64,000 nucleotides of DNA from Octopus sinensis (GCF_006345805.1 NC_043003.1:89776001-89840000), one strand, 5' to 3'; numbered from the stretch's first letter, positions 48,459-62,364 are shown. A program made the numbers and translations. The notes: generated from the sequence alone by a model not told the origin.

Positions 48459-48602
48459 ACGGGAAGGATGGCTTCCCTTTGCAAATACTGATAGGGCACA
48501 GAAAGTGTGTCTATAGCCAGCTGGAGGAGGTGTCCTCCTGGGGCTACAAACTACAGTAGCATCCACCCTTAGGGGTTAGCCATATTCAAATGGCAAATAT
48601 AC
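48459..48602. other. Multi-hairpin cassette homologous to 7430-7567
   Basis: Shared cccttt-gcaaatac, ggcaca..tgtg, agccagctggag..ctcctggggcta, ccacccttag and gccat..tggc blocks. Confidence 0.7.
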
Positions 48603-48711
48603 GTCAGTCTATTATTATTATACTGAATTTTACCTGTAAGGTTGGAATAATAATTTAATCCTTAATATTATTATTATTATTATATATATATATATACATA
48701 TGTATATATGT

Positions 48712-49020
48712 GGAGGCGCAATGGCCCAGTGGTTAGGGCAGTGGACTCGCGGTCATAGGATCGCGGTTTTGATTCCCAGACCAGGCGTTGTGAGTGTTTA
48801 TTGAGCGAAAACACTTAAAGCTCCATGAGGCTCCGGCAGGGGGTGGTGGCGATCCCTGCTGTACTCTTTCACCACAACTTTCTCTCACTCTTTCTTCTGT
48901 TGGCCTGCTCGCTTAGCCAGAGGGGTGGCGTCATTTGAAGGGTAAAACAATGCGAAGCGCATTGTGACCAGTGATGTGTAACAACATCTGATAGCCTGGT
49001 CGGTCATGGTGATCACGGTG
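48712..49020 (+). mobile_element. tRNA-derived SINE (long-tail variant)
   Basis: A-box TGGCCCAGTGG, B-box-like GGTTTTGATTCC; same head as 17637 copy but different 3' half. Confidence 0.9.
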
Positions 49021-49249
49021 ATATATATATATATGCATACATATACATGCACACATCCACTTATTTATATATTCAATTAGTAGAAGTTACAAAGTGACAA
49101 AGGGCCGAGAGATAATTCATGCATTTGCATTTATCTATTTATACTCTACAGAAACCAATATGAGATTTTAAAAGCAAATGTGTTGTCTAACATACAAAGG
49201 ATCTTAATGGTTTAGATCTCAGCAACACATCTATTTCTGTCCTTATTGT

Positions 49250-49692
49250 TGATCTCTCTCCCTCTGACTGGGTAACCATGAATCTCCTCTACAGCAAAAT
49301 ACTTGTTTCTATCCCTCTGTCACACTCTAGCCTTTCATCACCTGGCACAAGGCCACCTCCTCACAATGTTCCCTTCCCCTCTCAAAGGATCTTTGTCTTG
49401 CAAGTTACTTGGTGATCCCCATCCCAGTGCTAGTGCATCCAGTCCACACTGTAAAGTGGTTGGTGTTAGGAAGGGCATCCAGCTGTAAAAACCAAGCTAA
49501 AACAGGTCTCACTGGTGCTAATGCCATGTAGAAACCACTTGGTCCACCTGTAAGGTGGTTGGTGTTAGGAAGGGCATCCAGCTGTAAAAACCCTGCCAAA
49601 ACAGAGAAGCCTGGCGTAGTCTTCTGCCTAGCCAGCCCCTAAGAAACCGTCCAACCCATGCCAGCATGGAAAACGGACATTAAATGATAATG
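49250..49692 (+). mobile_element. Non-autonomous RTE-tailed element with duplicated tail segment
   Basis: ctcctctacagcaa body; gtggttggtgttaggaagggcatccagctgtaaaaacc occurs twice. Confidence 0.7.
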
Positions 49693-49772
49693 ATCTTTTC
49701 TGAATAGACAGTATCAAGAAAACAAGAAAAAGGAATTGAAAATAATTCTATGATATTGGTTTGTGCTTTTAG

Positions 49773-49869
49773 ATATGGTCCTGAACTGATAGAAAAATTG
49801 TTGCCATTTTTAAAGAAGCTTCCTCAAATTCGCAAGCAAAATATTGACCACGATTCTGTCGCTGACTGA
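49773..49869 (+). CDS. Putative terminal exon of an unidentified gene
   Basis: Acceptor tttgtgcttttag, then (x)YGPELIEKLLPFLKKLPQIRKQNIDHDSVAD*; AATAAA at 50591. Product not recognised. Confidence 0.4.
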
Positions 49870-50000
49870 TATTATCTGGGTAAATATATTTATGGGTGGA
49901 GTGTTCCAGATAGCAGTTATTTGAGCAGTGAATATGAGATAAACTACCTTTTATGGCTTTTATTTTATTTTGTCAGTTAACGAAATGTCAACGGTTATAT

Positions 50001-50088
<88 letters not shown>

Positions 50089-50110
50089 GTAGTAGTAGTA
50101 GTAGTAGTAA

Positions 50111-50154
<44 letters not shown>

Positions 50155-50253
50155 ATAATAAGAAGAACAAGAAGGAAAAGAAGAAGAAGGTTTCTGAAAA
50201 AAAGTTTTTAGATATATATGTGTGTGTGTGTGCGAGTCTTGCTTCTGCTAAAT

Positions 50254-50299
<46 letters not shown>

Positions 50300-50432
50300 A
50301 GTCAGACAGACGGACGGACGGATAGATAGATAGATAGATGGATGGATGGATGAATGGATAGATGGATAGATAGATAGATAGATAGATAGATGGATGGATG
50401 GATGGATGGATGGATGGGTGGATAGATAGATA
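50001..50432. repeat. Compound microsatellites (AAT)n(AGT)n(AAG)n, then (GATA)n/(GA)n/(GATG)n
   Basis: Direct. Confidence 0.97.
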
Positions 50433-50590
50433 GAGAGGAGTCTCATTCTTGGATAATTTTCATGGATCGGGAAACTCGGGGCAAAGGAGGAATGAAACTT
50501 TAGTTTTGAATACACAGTATTTATCTGGGTGTGTGTGTGTATAAAGGCATCTGTTGATGCTATAATAACCTGAAAATGCATGGTCTATGT

Positions 50591-50596
50591 AATAAA
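50591..50596 (+). terminator. Candidate polyadenylation signal AATAAA
   Basis: First clear AATAAA downstream of the microsatellites following the 49869 stop; position only. Confidence 0.25.
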
Positions 50597-50641
50597 GTAA
50601 AAGAAAGCCCTGACAGGGATCTGTCGAATCTTGAAATAAAC

Positions 50642-50770
<129 letters not shown>

Positions 50771-50827
50771 CATCTTGTTACACATGGGGATGTGTACATG
50801 AATAATCAAATTATAAGTGCGATGAAT

Positions 50828-50900
50828 GCCCCGCCCACTTCTCCAAATATGGTTGTAATAGGGCCAGAATCTTGTTGATGCCTTCACTTCAAGATGGCGA
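50828..50900 (+). promoter_or_regulatory. Candidate DLG5 promoter/TSS region
   Basis: GC box GCCCCGCCC (50828) and YY1-type AAGATGGCG (50891), ~610-680 bp upstream of the start codon. Confidence 0.45.
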
Positions 50901-51509
50901 CGCTGGAAAGAACGAAGGAAGTAACTTTGAAGAATTAGTTTCTAAACATCAGTTTCCTCGTCTCTGAGTCAAGTGTTATTTCTAATACAAAGACACTTAG
51001 ATAATGCTGAAAGTTGATGTCTCAGCATATCATAAAACGTTCCATTTTTTCAATTGATGCATATCCTATTTTTAAAACAACTTTATAAGTATAGTAAGTT
51101 TTTTCTTCCTCTTTCTTTTATTTTAGCAACTTTAATTAAGCTATTAACTCTTAGTAATTATCATTGATTCACTATTTCCTTTAATAGTGAACAACGTCTT
51201 TTCTTTGGTTGTCAAAGAAATAAATTCTCTCCAAATTAGTTATTTATGTTCTATAAATTAGAAAGAAAGAGAGAAAGAAGAGAAGAAAAGACTAAAAGAA
51301 TAAAAAGTTTGGATTTCCATCAACGAAGAATATGGCCGACGGTCTGAGACACTTTGGTTCCATTTGACACGTATGTGTCTTACATCGCTCTCTTCTCTCT
51401 TCGGTCGTTTCTCAATACTAGACAAGTTATACAAGGTTCTCTTATTGTGAAAGTTTGTGTAATTGGAATATTTTCTCTTAATGCAATCAACTATAATTGG
51501 CCATGAAAG

Positions 51510-51792
51510 ATGGATGAGAAGCATAAGGAACTCTTGGAATTACACAGGTCCAAATTTGTTCGGGCTATTGATGTTGATCGGATTTATTCTATTTTGAAAA
51601 GTGCCGATGTACTCAGTGATGATGACATTTCGACAATCAATAGTCAAACATCAAAGACGGCCAAAGTTGAAAAACTACTCGACATATTACCGTCCAAAGG
51701 AATGCTTGCTTTTCAGAACTTGTGTCATGCCCTGGAAACCACTTACCCTCATCTTTTGACTTTGATGTTCCTTGGTGGCAATCACAAAAACG
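51510..51792 (+). CDS. DLG5: First coding exon of DLG5-like gene (N-terminal CARD domain)
   Basis: 94 codons + 1 nt, in-frame TGA just upstream, donor G|GTAAGT at 51793. FQNLCHALETTYPHLLTLMFLGG resembles human DLG5 FQDLRAALEKTQPHLLPILYLNG (recalled). Confidence 0.8.
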
Positions 51793-52579
51793 GTAAGTTG
51801 TTGTAATCTCATCTTTTTTTCATTATATGTAATATAAATTTTCCAGGTAGAAAAAAAAGGGTTTTTTTATGTAATAAGTTTGTTTTCATCTCGTTATTCT
51901 TCCTTCCTTCCTTCCTCTTGCACACAAACACTAATAAAAAAAAGTGTATTTGTCCGCATTTCATTTGCTTATTAAAAAAATGAAGAAAGAAATCGCGTTC
52001 AAACTCTTCCCCTTCACATTTTTTCAGTTTTACATGTGAAATTAAACAATAAATGTGAATTCAGAAAGTTTGCCAAGTTTCCCCATTTTCATTTTGTTGT
52101 TGTTATTTGCAGCAACAGTTGCTACCTTAACTATTTAACATCGATAAATGATTATCAATTTAAAATTGATCAAGCAGTCAATTTTATTTATAATAATCTT
52201 CGATTAAATTATACAAATTGCTTCTATAATATTTGAAATTGAATAAATTTATCGATTCGAAACTGCGATTACTAAAATACTGTCATCATTTGCTGTTTTT
52301 ATTATTACTTTTGTTGTTAATTTCAGCGAAAGTAAAATGCGTTAGAATTCACGTTTGTCCGTTTAAAAGAGACTAAAATAGACTCTAATTGTTTCTTGAA
52401 TTGCCCCATCGGACTAAATGCTAAAGGATTTCTACTAAATTTCTCATCTAGTTCAGGTAAATCGATTGAAATATTTATACTACGTATTTGCACCTTCCTT
52501 TTTCACTGCTTTAAGAGCGAGCAACCAGGCAAAAGTTTTATGGCATAAACTACAAAAGAAAGAAAAACAAAATGATGTC

Positions 52580-53090
52580 ATGCTTGGCATAACTACACGT
52601 TGGTACCTCGCGACTTTGTTTCCATATAAAATTCTGAAAAACTCATATTTTTCAATGAAACTCTACAGAAGTACATTTTTGAGGGTGTAGATTACAATTA
52701 TGTTGATAAAATTTAGAGAAAAAAAGTTTGAGTTTCGGATCGTTCTCTCCTTCCCCGACTTATCATCAATTTTCGAAACTAAAACAACTTTCACTTGTTT
52801 CTAGATTTAGTCTTGAAGCATTAACAACAGGTAATCTACACTCACGAAAGCGTAATTTTGCAAAATGCCATTTCAAAACCTGCATTTTAAAGAAAGTTAT
52901 GAGGAAACAAAGTTGGGACAGGATTAGAATGACCTGAAACCAAAAGAGAAAAAATATCAAATATCAGCTTGTCCGCAATCGATACTCTCAAAAACGTATA
53001 TTTGCAAAGTTTCGTTAAAAAGTGTGCATTTTTAAGAAAGTTGTGATGAAACAAAGTTAGTTGGTGGGGCACCAAATTGCAGTTATGCCT
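52580..53090. mobile_element. Degenerate inverted-repeat element in intron 1
   Basis: ggcataactac...gactttgtttcca versus gaaacaaagtt...gcagttatgcc. Confidence 0.5.
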
Positions 53091-54716
53091 ATTTTTTCAC
53101 GTCGCAAAGTGAAATTCATATTTTGATGGAATTTAAAAAAAATTATACTTCGGTATTTTTGTTTGACAATTAGCTATACAGAATTTTGCCTCGTATGTCG
53201 TTAATATACCATTCATCATAGTTGACAATTTACATCAGTTGATAACGTGATTGATAAAATGATTTTATCGGCCCAAATTTTCTCTCCAGGTTACGTGTTG
53301 CTTCTGTTAAATTATTCACAGCTACCTGCTATTATCTTTTAATCTAATTTTTTCCCATGTGAAATTCACCATCAATTTTACTTCACAGTGTCCATTTTTT
53401 TCCTGTTTTCTCATCTAAAATCACATAACCAGAATTAAGTTTATAATGTTTTTTTTCGAACTTTTCTGTTAATAGAGTATTACATAAATTAACGTATTTC
53501 ATTTATTTGTATATTAACATATTTCATAAAATTATTTATCTATTAATGTATTTCAGAAAATCGTTAGTATATTACATAAAATTATTAGTATGTTCGTATA
53601 TTTCTAATTAAAATTTTTCTTTCCAGGGGCAAATTTAAAAAAAATTATTTTCCTTCGTATGTGAGATATTTTTGACAATATTGACTTTAAAATGTTACGA
53701 AATAGATGGTGGCGGTAATGTTAATAAATTTAAAATTGGCATAAAGGCATTTTTGAAGGGGATTAGGGTATTGTGAGTTGCATCGATCACTGCCTTCGTA
53801 TTTACTTATCAAGTAGAGTAAATTTGAACTGATACTCTAAAGAATCTCTACTGCCTGCTACCCCACCTGTCTTCCCTTTAACTTTGTCACATTGCCCTTA
53901 TCTAGGAAGTCTACAGACAGCAATATCGATCTGCAAAGTTAAAAAGCTGAGTTCTTAGATTAACACAGGTGTCACCATCAAAAATATTCAATAATTCATT
54001 CTTTTGCTTTAGTAGAATTTTTTTTTTCCTGAAAAGAAATATAATTGATATAATTGACTAACGATCTAACTAATGGTTTTAGTAAAAGGAATTAACGTAA
54101 ATAAATTTTTAAAACTTATAGTGTGAATGAAAGCAACAAGTTTTCATTGTCTATCACCTTCGTAACTACCTACCGAAAAAAGTTAATGCCCTTGTTTCGT
54201 GAAGTTTATTTAATTGCTATAGCCAAGTTTAGGGATTTTAATTAGTTAATTGAAACTAAGTAAATTTGGTATTCGAAAGAATTCCATAAATTTATAGAAT
54301 TGGTTGTTTTTCAAAATAGTTTGTCAACTTTTTTATAATGTACTAAAATCCTCTGTTCAACAAAAAAAAAAAACAACAAAATAGTCAGTTAAACGGAAAA
54401 CGAAATGCAATGGAATTACATCCACACGTTCATAAATTCATTGAAATACGATTACTAATGATAGTTATTAGCGCAAAATACCATGTATATGGTGACCATT
54501 CGAGTGTATAGATTAATGAGAAAAGTTTGTGTGTATGTTCAATATACAATAGAAGCAAATAAAAGTTTCGAAAGTGTAATTAACACAACTTTAAATTGGA
54601 ACCTTTGATATTCCTTTAATTTGTTAATCACATTTGTAAGAACAAAAACCACAAAAAAAAATATATATCAGGTATCTTTGAAGCTGCGGAAATATGGTGA
54701 TTGATTTTGGGGTCAC

Positions 54717-54898
54717 TATAAAGATCTTCACCCGGGAACCAAAAATAATAATAAACCAGCCTGTTGGGTGTTAACAAATATGTAGAAAACGAATATGAAA
54801 AAAAAAAAAAAAAATGCGCGCTGATGACCCTGGGGTTGGGAGGGGGCTTCCGGAAAATTCACAAGATCCGATTTTTTCGTCATAACTTTCGGTAAAAT

Positions 54899-54946
<48 letters not shown>

Positions 54947-55359
54947 CCATCTAGTTTCTGTGGCTGATTTTTTTTACGGAATCCCACGATTTTGGTTATG
55001 GAGCATCCGATTCTGAAAAAAAAAAGAAAAAATTAAAAAATCGCATTTTCAAAATTTCACCCCCCCCCATTTTTCGCTGAAAAATGAAGGGGTGAGGGTA
55101 TGATGAGGGGGAATTGAAATTTTGAAATGCGATTTTCGAATTTTTTTTTCAGAATCGGATCCTCCATAACCAAAAATGTGGAATTCCGTAATAAAAATCA
55201 ATATATATCCATTTTACCGAAAGTTATGACGGAAAAATCGGATCTTGTGAATTTTCCGAAAGTCCCCTCCCCACCCCCAGGGTCGTTAGCGCGCATTTTA
55301 TTCCATATTCGTTTTCTACATACTTGTTAACACCCACCTGGCTGGTGAAGATCTTTATA
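54717..55359. mobile_element. Foldback element, ~280-330-bp arms
   Basis: tataaagatcttcacc...ggtgaagatctttata with inverted homology nearly to the centre. Confidence 0.85.
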
Positions 55360-55416
55360 TAGACAGATTTTGGTACATTAGTTGAAGATAAGCCGCCGCA
55401 CTATTTTATCATAAAG

Positions 55417-56094
55417 AAGATCATGGACTGCACCCCTTTGGGTTTTTTTTTTTTTACAGGAACACATTATATCGAGGGCGGATATTCGAAAAAATGGGAA
55501 AAAAAAAAACAAAAAAAATCTGCATTTCAAAATTTAAATTCCCCACCAATTTCTTTAATTTTCACTTAAAAAAATTTTTTTTGCGAAATACGTAGAAAAA
55601 TACAGAGATTGTGAATCTGAAAAAAAAAAATTTTGTAAAATTTCAGTTTTCCAAAAAAAAATAAACATCTCTCCCCCCCGCCCTATGACAAGTAGTGATA
55701 TTAAAGTGTTTTCTCTACTAATGTTTCATGCATGCATAGAATTATAAAATAGCAGATGCAAAAAGTATCGAAACAGAAAACCTGACATGCTAGAAACATG
55801 TTTTCAAAATTTTGATACGAATTATCAAAGAAGAAAAAAATGAGGGGAGTTTATTTATTTTTTTTTTTTTGAAAAATTGAAATTTTACAATTTTTTTTTT
55901 CAGAATTATAATCTCTGTATTTTTCTGTTTATTTTGCCAACAAAAGTTTTTTTTTCAAGTGAAAATTTAAGAAATTGGGGGAGGGGAGATTTAAATTTTG
56001 AAATGCAGATTTTTTGCAGATTCGGAATCTCTGCCCTCGATATAGTGTGTTCCTGTAAAAAAACAAAAACAAAGTGGGTGTGGTCCATGATCTT
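55417..56094. mobile_element. Second foldback element, ~260-bp arms
   Basis: aagatcatggac...acaggaacac..tatcgagggc versus gccctcgata..gtgttcctgt...gtccatgatctt. Confidence 0.8.
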
Positions 56095-58291
56095 TACCTC
56101 CGCCAGAAAATCTTGGTTAATGTTGACATTATTACCCGGAAACGAAAAAAAAAAAAAATAGTGCAACAGATGTAATAAAAAAAAAAGTGTAGTAAACGAA
56201 TATGAAAACAAAAATGCGCAGAAAGCAACAGGGTGGGAAGGGCTTCAGAAAATTCACAAGATCCAAGTTTTTCCCTCATAACTTTCCGGAAAATGTTTTT
56301 TTTTTTTTTTTTTGAATGAAATTTTTTATATAAATACCTTTCAAACAGCATACATTACAGTTATAACGAAATTTGTGGGTAAATTCTTTTCTGAATGGAT
56401 GGTGATAGAACTTTGGAAAATTCACAAGATTCAATTTTTTCCCCTCGTAACTTTAAAAGAAAATGGATATCTTTTAATGAAATTGTATATTAAATACCTT
56501 TCAAATGACATGCATTACGGATGCCTAATGTGCTGTAAACCCCTTATTTTTGTTTAGAAAGTGGGGAGCAATAAATGCGTTTTTGAAGGTGAGATGCAAA
56601 ACTGCATTAACCTCTTTTCTTTACCCATATTTTAAGATAATATTTTGCAGAAATACATTTTCTAGATTGTGGATTACATTACATTGAAAATTCAAACAAG
56701 TTTGACAAGAATAAGTGAAAATACTGAAGTTATAAAAATTAGTGGTAACAAAGTCTGAACAGGAGAAAGAATGATACAAAATCCTTACAAAAACCTCATT
56801 AGTGTTTGTGTGTATGAAACAAGTAAAATTATAGTATTAAAGCAAAATATCTTTTACATACCTTTTCCAGGAAAAGCAGTAAAGTACAACTGTGTTACCT
56901 CACCAGAGCAGTGGATACTTTGTAGCAGTGTCATTTCTTTTCTATACATTAATTATGTTCTCCATCTTTAAATCTTGCCTGAAATATATTAATCCCAGAT
57001 TGTAGATTGTGGCATATTAGGTTACTGTAATTCATTCATCGGTGTTAACTAAAATGTTTCATTAGTTTCCAGTGTTGTTAATAGTTCTATTATTATCGGT
57101 CATTATTCACTTGGCAATTCTGGGTTTTCTACCAGAGCCGGATTTAAACCATGGGGGTCCTGGTGGTGCACTTCAAGTTCAGTGGGTAGCTTATAAAACA
57201 AGAATTAAAGTCTTAGAAAATTACAAAATTTAAATCTCAAAACCCATCTAGTTCAAATAACTGAATTTGGTGAGTTAGCAGTGTTTAAATAAATGACTGA
57301 AAATGTCTCTTCATAGATACATTTCTGCAAAATTCAAATTTCGTTTTTCACACTTGTGATGCTTGACTTTTCCAAGGAGGGAAGAGTGGGGTAAGATTTT
57401 TCTCCTTTTAATGTGAGTTACATGTTTCAGAATGTAGAATAAGATGAAATGAAAGAAAATTACGATAAAGAAAAAGAATAATTTTTGTGGTTGTTGATGT
57501 TTCAAAGACATGATGTGTGTGTGAGAGAGAAAGAGAGGGGGAGATACCAACATTTAAAAGACAGGAATTAAAAAAATTCTTTTTTTAAAACAGCTTCTCT
57601 TGATTGTTTTGCAGTGCATGAAAAAAACAAAACAAAACAAAAAAAACAGAGAACACCCCAACAAAAACAGGAAAATTCAAACAGCTATTTCCGAAAGTTG
57701 ACTTTTGCAATTTCCAGTAAGAGTAGGTGGGGCACAATGAGTAATATTTACTGCATTTTTTGACTTTGAAGAAAATATATTTTTTTACAAATGTTCACTA
57801 CCTTGCCAAAATTATATCAGTGAAGTAAAGACCTTCTCTAAATGCAGTAAAACCTATAACATTTAGAACACTATTTCAGAAAATTATCACTGTTCTCTTT
57901 GAGCATATAGAAGACAAATTTAGACGGGGCAAAATGGGCAAGACAAAATAAGGTAAATATGCCCTTCTATTTCTCCAGAATTAAATTTGTAAAAAGAATC
58001 ATACGCATAAACATCCATCCTTAGACATCAGAAATGTAACAAAATTTTAAATATCTTGGTCAAATGAAAGAAAATTATAGAAAAATAGCACATGATATGA
58101 AATTAATGGAACTCAACTAAATCTAAAAACTCAACATAAAATATTCTTAAGAGCTTCTTTGCCAAAAATTATCCAGATATTTTATCAGCTACCTCAATTA
58201 CAATCGGGTCAAATTTGAGGAAAAATTTCTTGAAAATAGTACCTGCCAGCTTATGCTTCAAACTCTCAACTTCAACAACAACTATATAAAC

Positions 58292-59930
58292 CAGGGGTTC
58301 TCAAACTTTTTTTTACCTTTTTCACTCTTGAGGATCCACCACCACCACAACTACCATACCCATTTGATGTTTAAAAAAATCATATTGTATTTTTATAATT
58401 GAATATTATTAGGACTTCCTTAAAAATTGTTAAAATATTCTGTGTACTGTAGACCTATAACCAATTTCTTAACTACTAAATTCTATGGAAGAATGAATGC
58501 TCACAAGTAAAATGAGTCATAAATATACAAGTATGTATTTGTAAAAATCAGACAGTACTTTAGTGTTAATTTCTTTAATGCAAGTCTGACAGTCGGTGCT
58601 GCTCTGCTAGTTTTAAAATATTCTATTCCAATGTTGACAATGATATTTGAAGATCACCTTTTTCTACAATGTCAATTTGATTACAAGCTTTTGACAATAA
58701 GTTAGTGACATGGCTGAAACCAGATTCAACAAAGTAAGATAAAGGAAAAGCAGTAAAGTACAACTGTGTTACCTCACCAGAGCACTGGATACTTTGTAGC
58801 AGTGTCATTTCTTTTCCATACATTAATTATGTTCTCCATCTTTAAATCTTGCCTGAAATATTTCATCACTCTTGCAGTTCAATGAGATTCTCCTGCAAAC
58901 AGATTTGTACATCAGCAACATAAACTCAAAAAGAAATGTCACCCAACACAGTATATTTAACTTCAGCAGGTTATTAAACTGAGCTTGCATATCATTATGC
59001 AAATTTTTCTAATGTTTAGTATACAAGGTGATCATCATGCAGATTACTATTAACTGATTCTAAATGAGGAAATTGTAATAACACACAACACACAATATTT
59101 ATTTTTTAGAGCTGTACTTGTACTTTCCCTAGAAAAGCAGTAATAGCTCGTTTGGAGGATAGGAGATCAGTTTTCTCCTAAAAGGTGTTTGTTAATCAAA
59201 TTAATTTTATCAAATACATCACATTTAGCTGCAATCATTTGTCGGCTTAGATTGTTGTTGGCCAGGAATGAGACAATAGTGTACCAAAGTGCAAAAAAAA
59301 AAAATGATAGACTATTACCTTTTGATAACCAACTCATCTCTGTGTGGATTACAAAGCGTTTAAACTCTTCATTATCTTTCTGGGTAGATTCATCAGGTTG
59401 AAAAGGAAATTTATGTACTTGTAATTTGGCTACTAGTTGTGTTTCTACATCCTTAGCCATTTCATCAATGCACCGTGGCATTGATGAGTTACTTAAAGGA
59501 ATCTTACAAGTAATTTTATTAGCATTTTCTTTCATAAATGGTGAAGTTATGACAGATACCGCTGGCAAAATTACAGTTTCACCAATATTATGAGGTTTCC
59601 TAATCTTTGCTATCATTTTAGAAACTTCATAGGATGTCAGTCAACCATTATTATTTTCACACAATTGATTACTAAATAACTGATTCACCATTTTTCTTGC
59701 TTGGAATTCATTGCAGTCTTCTAAAATATTCTACTTGTCTTTGAGCTTGGTCTCTGAATAGATTTTAAGCTGAGCTGGCTTCATGCTGTCATTTGACAGT
59801 ACATCCATACATATGAGACAGATTGGTTTCGCTTCATTCTGTGGTGATAGAATACAGCCATAAGACATATTCAATGGAATACTATCAGCATTTCTTCTTA
59901 GTTGGAGGGGGCAGAATTTTGATTTAAGCA
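58292..59930 (-). mobile_element. Internally deleted hAT (Charlie/Buster-type) transposon
   Basis: Terminus caggggttctcaaac. Remnants PICLICMDVLSNDSMKP, KPHNIGETVILPA..IPLSN, HTEMSWLSKG, AFPLSYFVESGFS. Confidence 0.88.
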
Positions 59931-61009
59931 CCCCATGTAACCCCTCGTAACTTTTCTATTATTTTGAATTTTCAGAAAATTTTTGCAAATTTGTCTTCTA
60001 CACATGGGAATTCAAAAGATTATGCAAATAAAATTTTTGTATGTGATTTAGGCACTTTAGCCGTTGTTTTTAGCACATTACACAACCACCTGATACCTTG
60101 CTCATTTTTTTGTCACTATGATGTACTGATATTGTTCAAGAAGGGTCCATTGGTGGAATTTAAGCAAAAGTCCTAAATGTCTGTATTTTAAACTCTGATT
60201 TTGAAAAAAAATTAAAAAGAAGTAGGAAATTTTAGGATTTATGGGGTTTTAAAAAAACTATTTTTTTTTTTTTTTGCATTAAGCATACGAATTCCAATGG
60301 ATAGAACACAAATTCACAAAAATTTTCTGAAAATTCCCCAAAATAAAAGCCATGGCCACCTGCTACCTTCATTTCTACTCTTTGTTGTTGTTTTTTTAAT
60401 TAGAGTTTAAAATATGGGTAGTCTGAATTTTAGGCTGAAATCCCACCCTTGGATGCATCATCATTCCACTAAATATGTTTATGGTGAGAAAAATATTGAA
60501 AAATATTAATGCATGCCAGTGACAAAGAAATGAAGAAAGTGGTTGTGAGATGTACTAAAAATAATAGCTAAATCACCATAATCATTTGAATTCTCATGTA
60601 TAGGACACAAATTCACAAAAGTTTTCTGAAAATTCCAAAACATAAAAAAAGTTATATGCAATATTATATTTATCAGTAATGGATTAAAATAATTGTAAAT
60701 TTCTTTTCTTAGATTATATGTTAAAATACTAGTTATAGAAGATATGAAAAAGTTCTTACCTTTATCCTAAAAAACTAACTTGGAGATCAGTCTTGCAAAA
60801 TTTGTCGAAAGTTTGACTGCAGTTTCAGATGGTCCAGTATGTAGGAGTATGCCGAAAGTGTTAACCGGGTGATATCCCTGCCAAACCAGATATAACATCT
60901 TAATGGGTAATAATAGGCTCAGGGAACATAGAAGATTTCAGTACAAGGTCAGAAGTGGGTTTAACTTCAACACAGAAAACATGAGCCATGCTGGGTCCAA
61001 CAACACTTA

Positions 61010-62160
61010 TACACACACGCCTACACACATACATACACACACACACATACACACACATATACACACATACACATATACTTACACACATGCACACACACAC
61101 ACATACATACGCACATGCATGCATACATACACACACACACACGCATGCACACATACATACATACACACACATACATACATACACACACACACACTTCCAC
61201 ACATACACACATACATACATACACACACATACACACATACATACATACAACCAAACACATATACACACACACACATACTTACATACACTCATACAGACAC
61301 ACATACACACAGACATACACACATACACACTCACACATACATACATACACACACACACTCGCATGCATGCACACACACATGCATGCGCGCATGCATACAT
61401 ACATACATGCATGCACGCACGCCTGTGGGTTCTGGCTATATCTCGGGTTCGTGTCTGGGGCCGGCGCGTTGTGCCTGGGGTTTCTCTTACGCCTGTCACC
61501 GCGGGAGTATTTTCCATCATTCCTTCAGTTGCGAAGTGTTTCCTTGCATGCATATATATACACACACCTAAACATATAAACACACATATAATACCCCTAC
61601 ATTTTGTACACACACGCACACACATACATACATACATACATTCACTCCCACGCACTCACACATACACATTTACATATATATATATACAATACACGCACAC
61701 ACACTTACACACGTACAAACACACACGAACTCACATACACACCGACACATACATACACACAACATATACCTCCATGCGCACGCACACATACACATACGTA
61801 CACACATATAAGCACAGACACACACATACATACATGCACACAATCATACATATACGCACATATAAGCACACACATACACTTAGTTAAGCACAGTTACTCG
61901 CCATACACACAAAAAATGCACACGTACACACACATACTACAACTAAACACAGACACGAGACATATACAAGCACACACACATTCCTTCGTGTTTCTGACCT
62001 GTCACTCGCTAGCCTTCGCCCTCGCCCACCTATACACACACACGCACACACTCACACACACACCCTTGTCTTCTCGCACACCGTTGCTACTGCTGTTGCC
62101 CCAGCTTTCGCCCAACATATACACACATACACACACGCACACACTCACACACACACCCTT
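61010..62160. repeat. CA-rich degenerate microsatellite field
   Basis: Direct; source of the H/T/Y ORFs. Confidence 0.95.
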
Positions 62161-62326
62161 GTCATCTCGCACACTGTTTGTTTACCTTCCTTCTTTTCTG
62201 CTCTCTTGTCTTTGAAAACCCGCACTCTCTTGTTTACTACTTCCGCCTTTCCAGTATGTTGACCTCGTGAAGACCACTTGCATTTTTTTTCCCTCTGTCC
62301 TCCCACCTCGGGATCTTTCTTTCCCC

Positions 62327-62364
62327 TATGTTTCCGACGAAGAGCTCCGCTCGAAACGTCATAC
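62327..62364 (+). ncRNA. Minimal hammerhead-like motif (variant core), probably at the end of a PLE-derived non-autonomous element
   Basis: CCGACGA a GAGC-tcc-GCTC GAAACGTC; U4 replaced by C and helix I weak. Confidence 0.45.

Noticed and set aside
49953-50581. Poly-Asn/Ser and poly-Leu ORFs
   Set aside because: Trinucleotide microsatellite translation.
50894-50938. MATLERTKEVTLKN*, superficially like the huntingtin N-terminus
   Set aside because: 14 codons then a stop; the ATG is part of a YY1-type motif, so the similarity is coincidental.
54821-54860. CTGATGA…GAAA
   Set aside because: No helix II/III pairing or UH cleavage site; part of a foldback arm.
60900-62215. ORFs of 200-300 aa rich in H/T/Y or C/V/M
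   Set aside because: (CA)n microsatellite translation.
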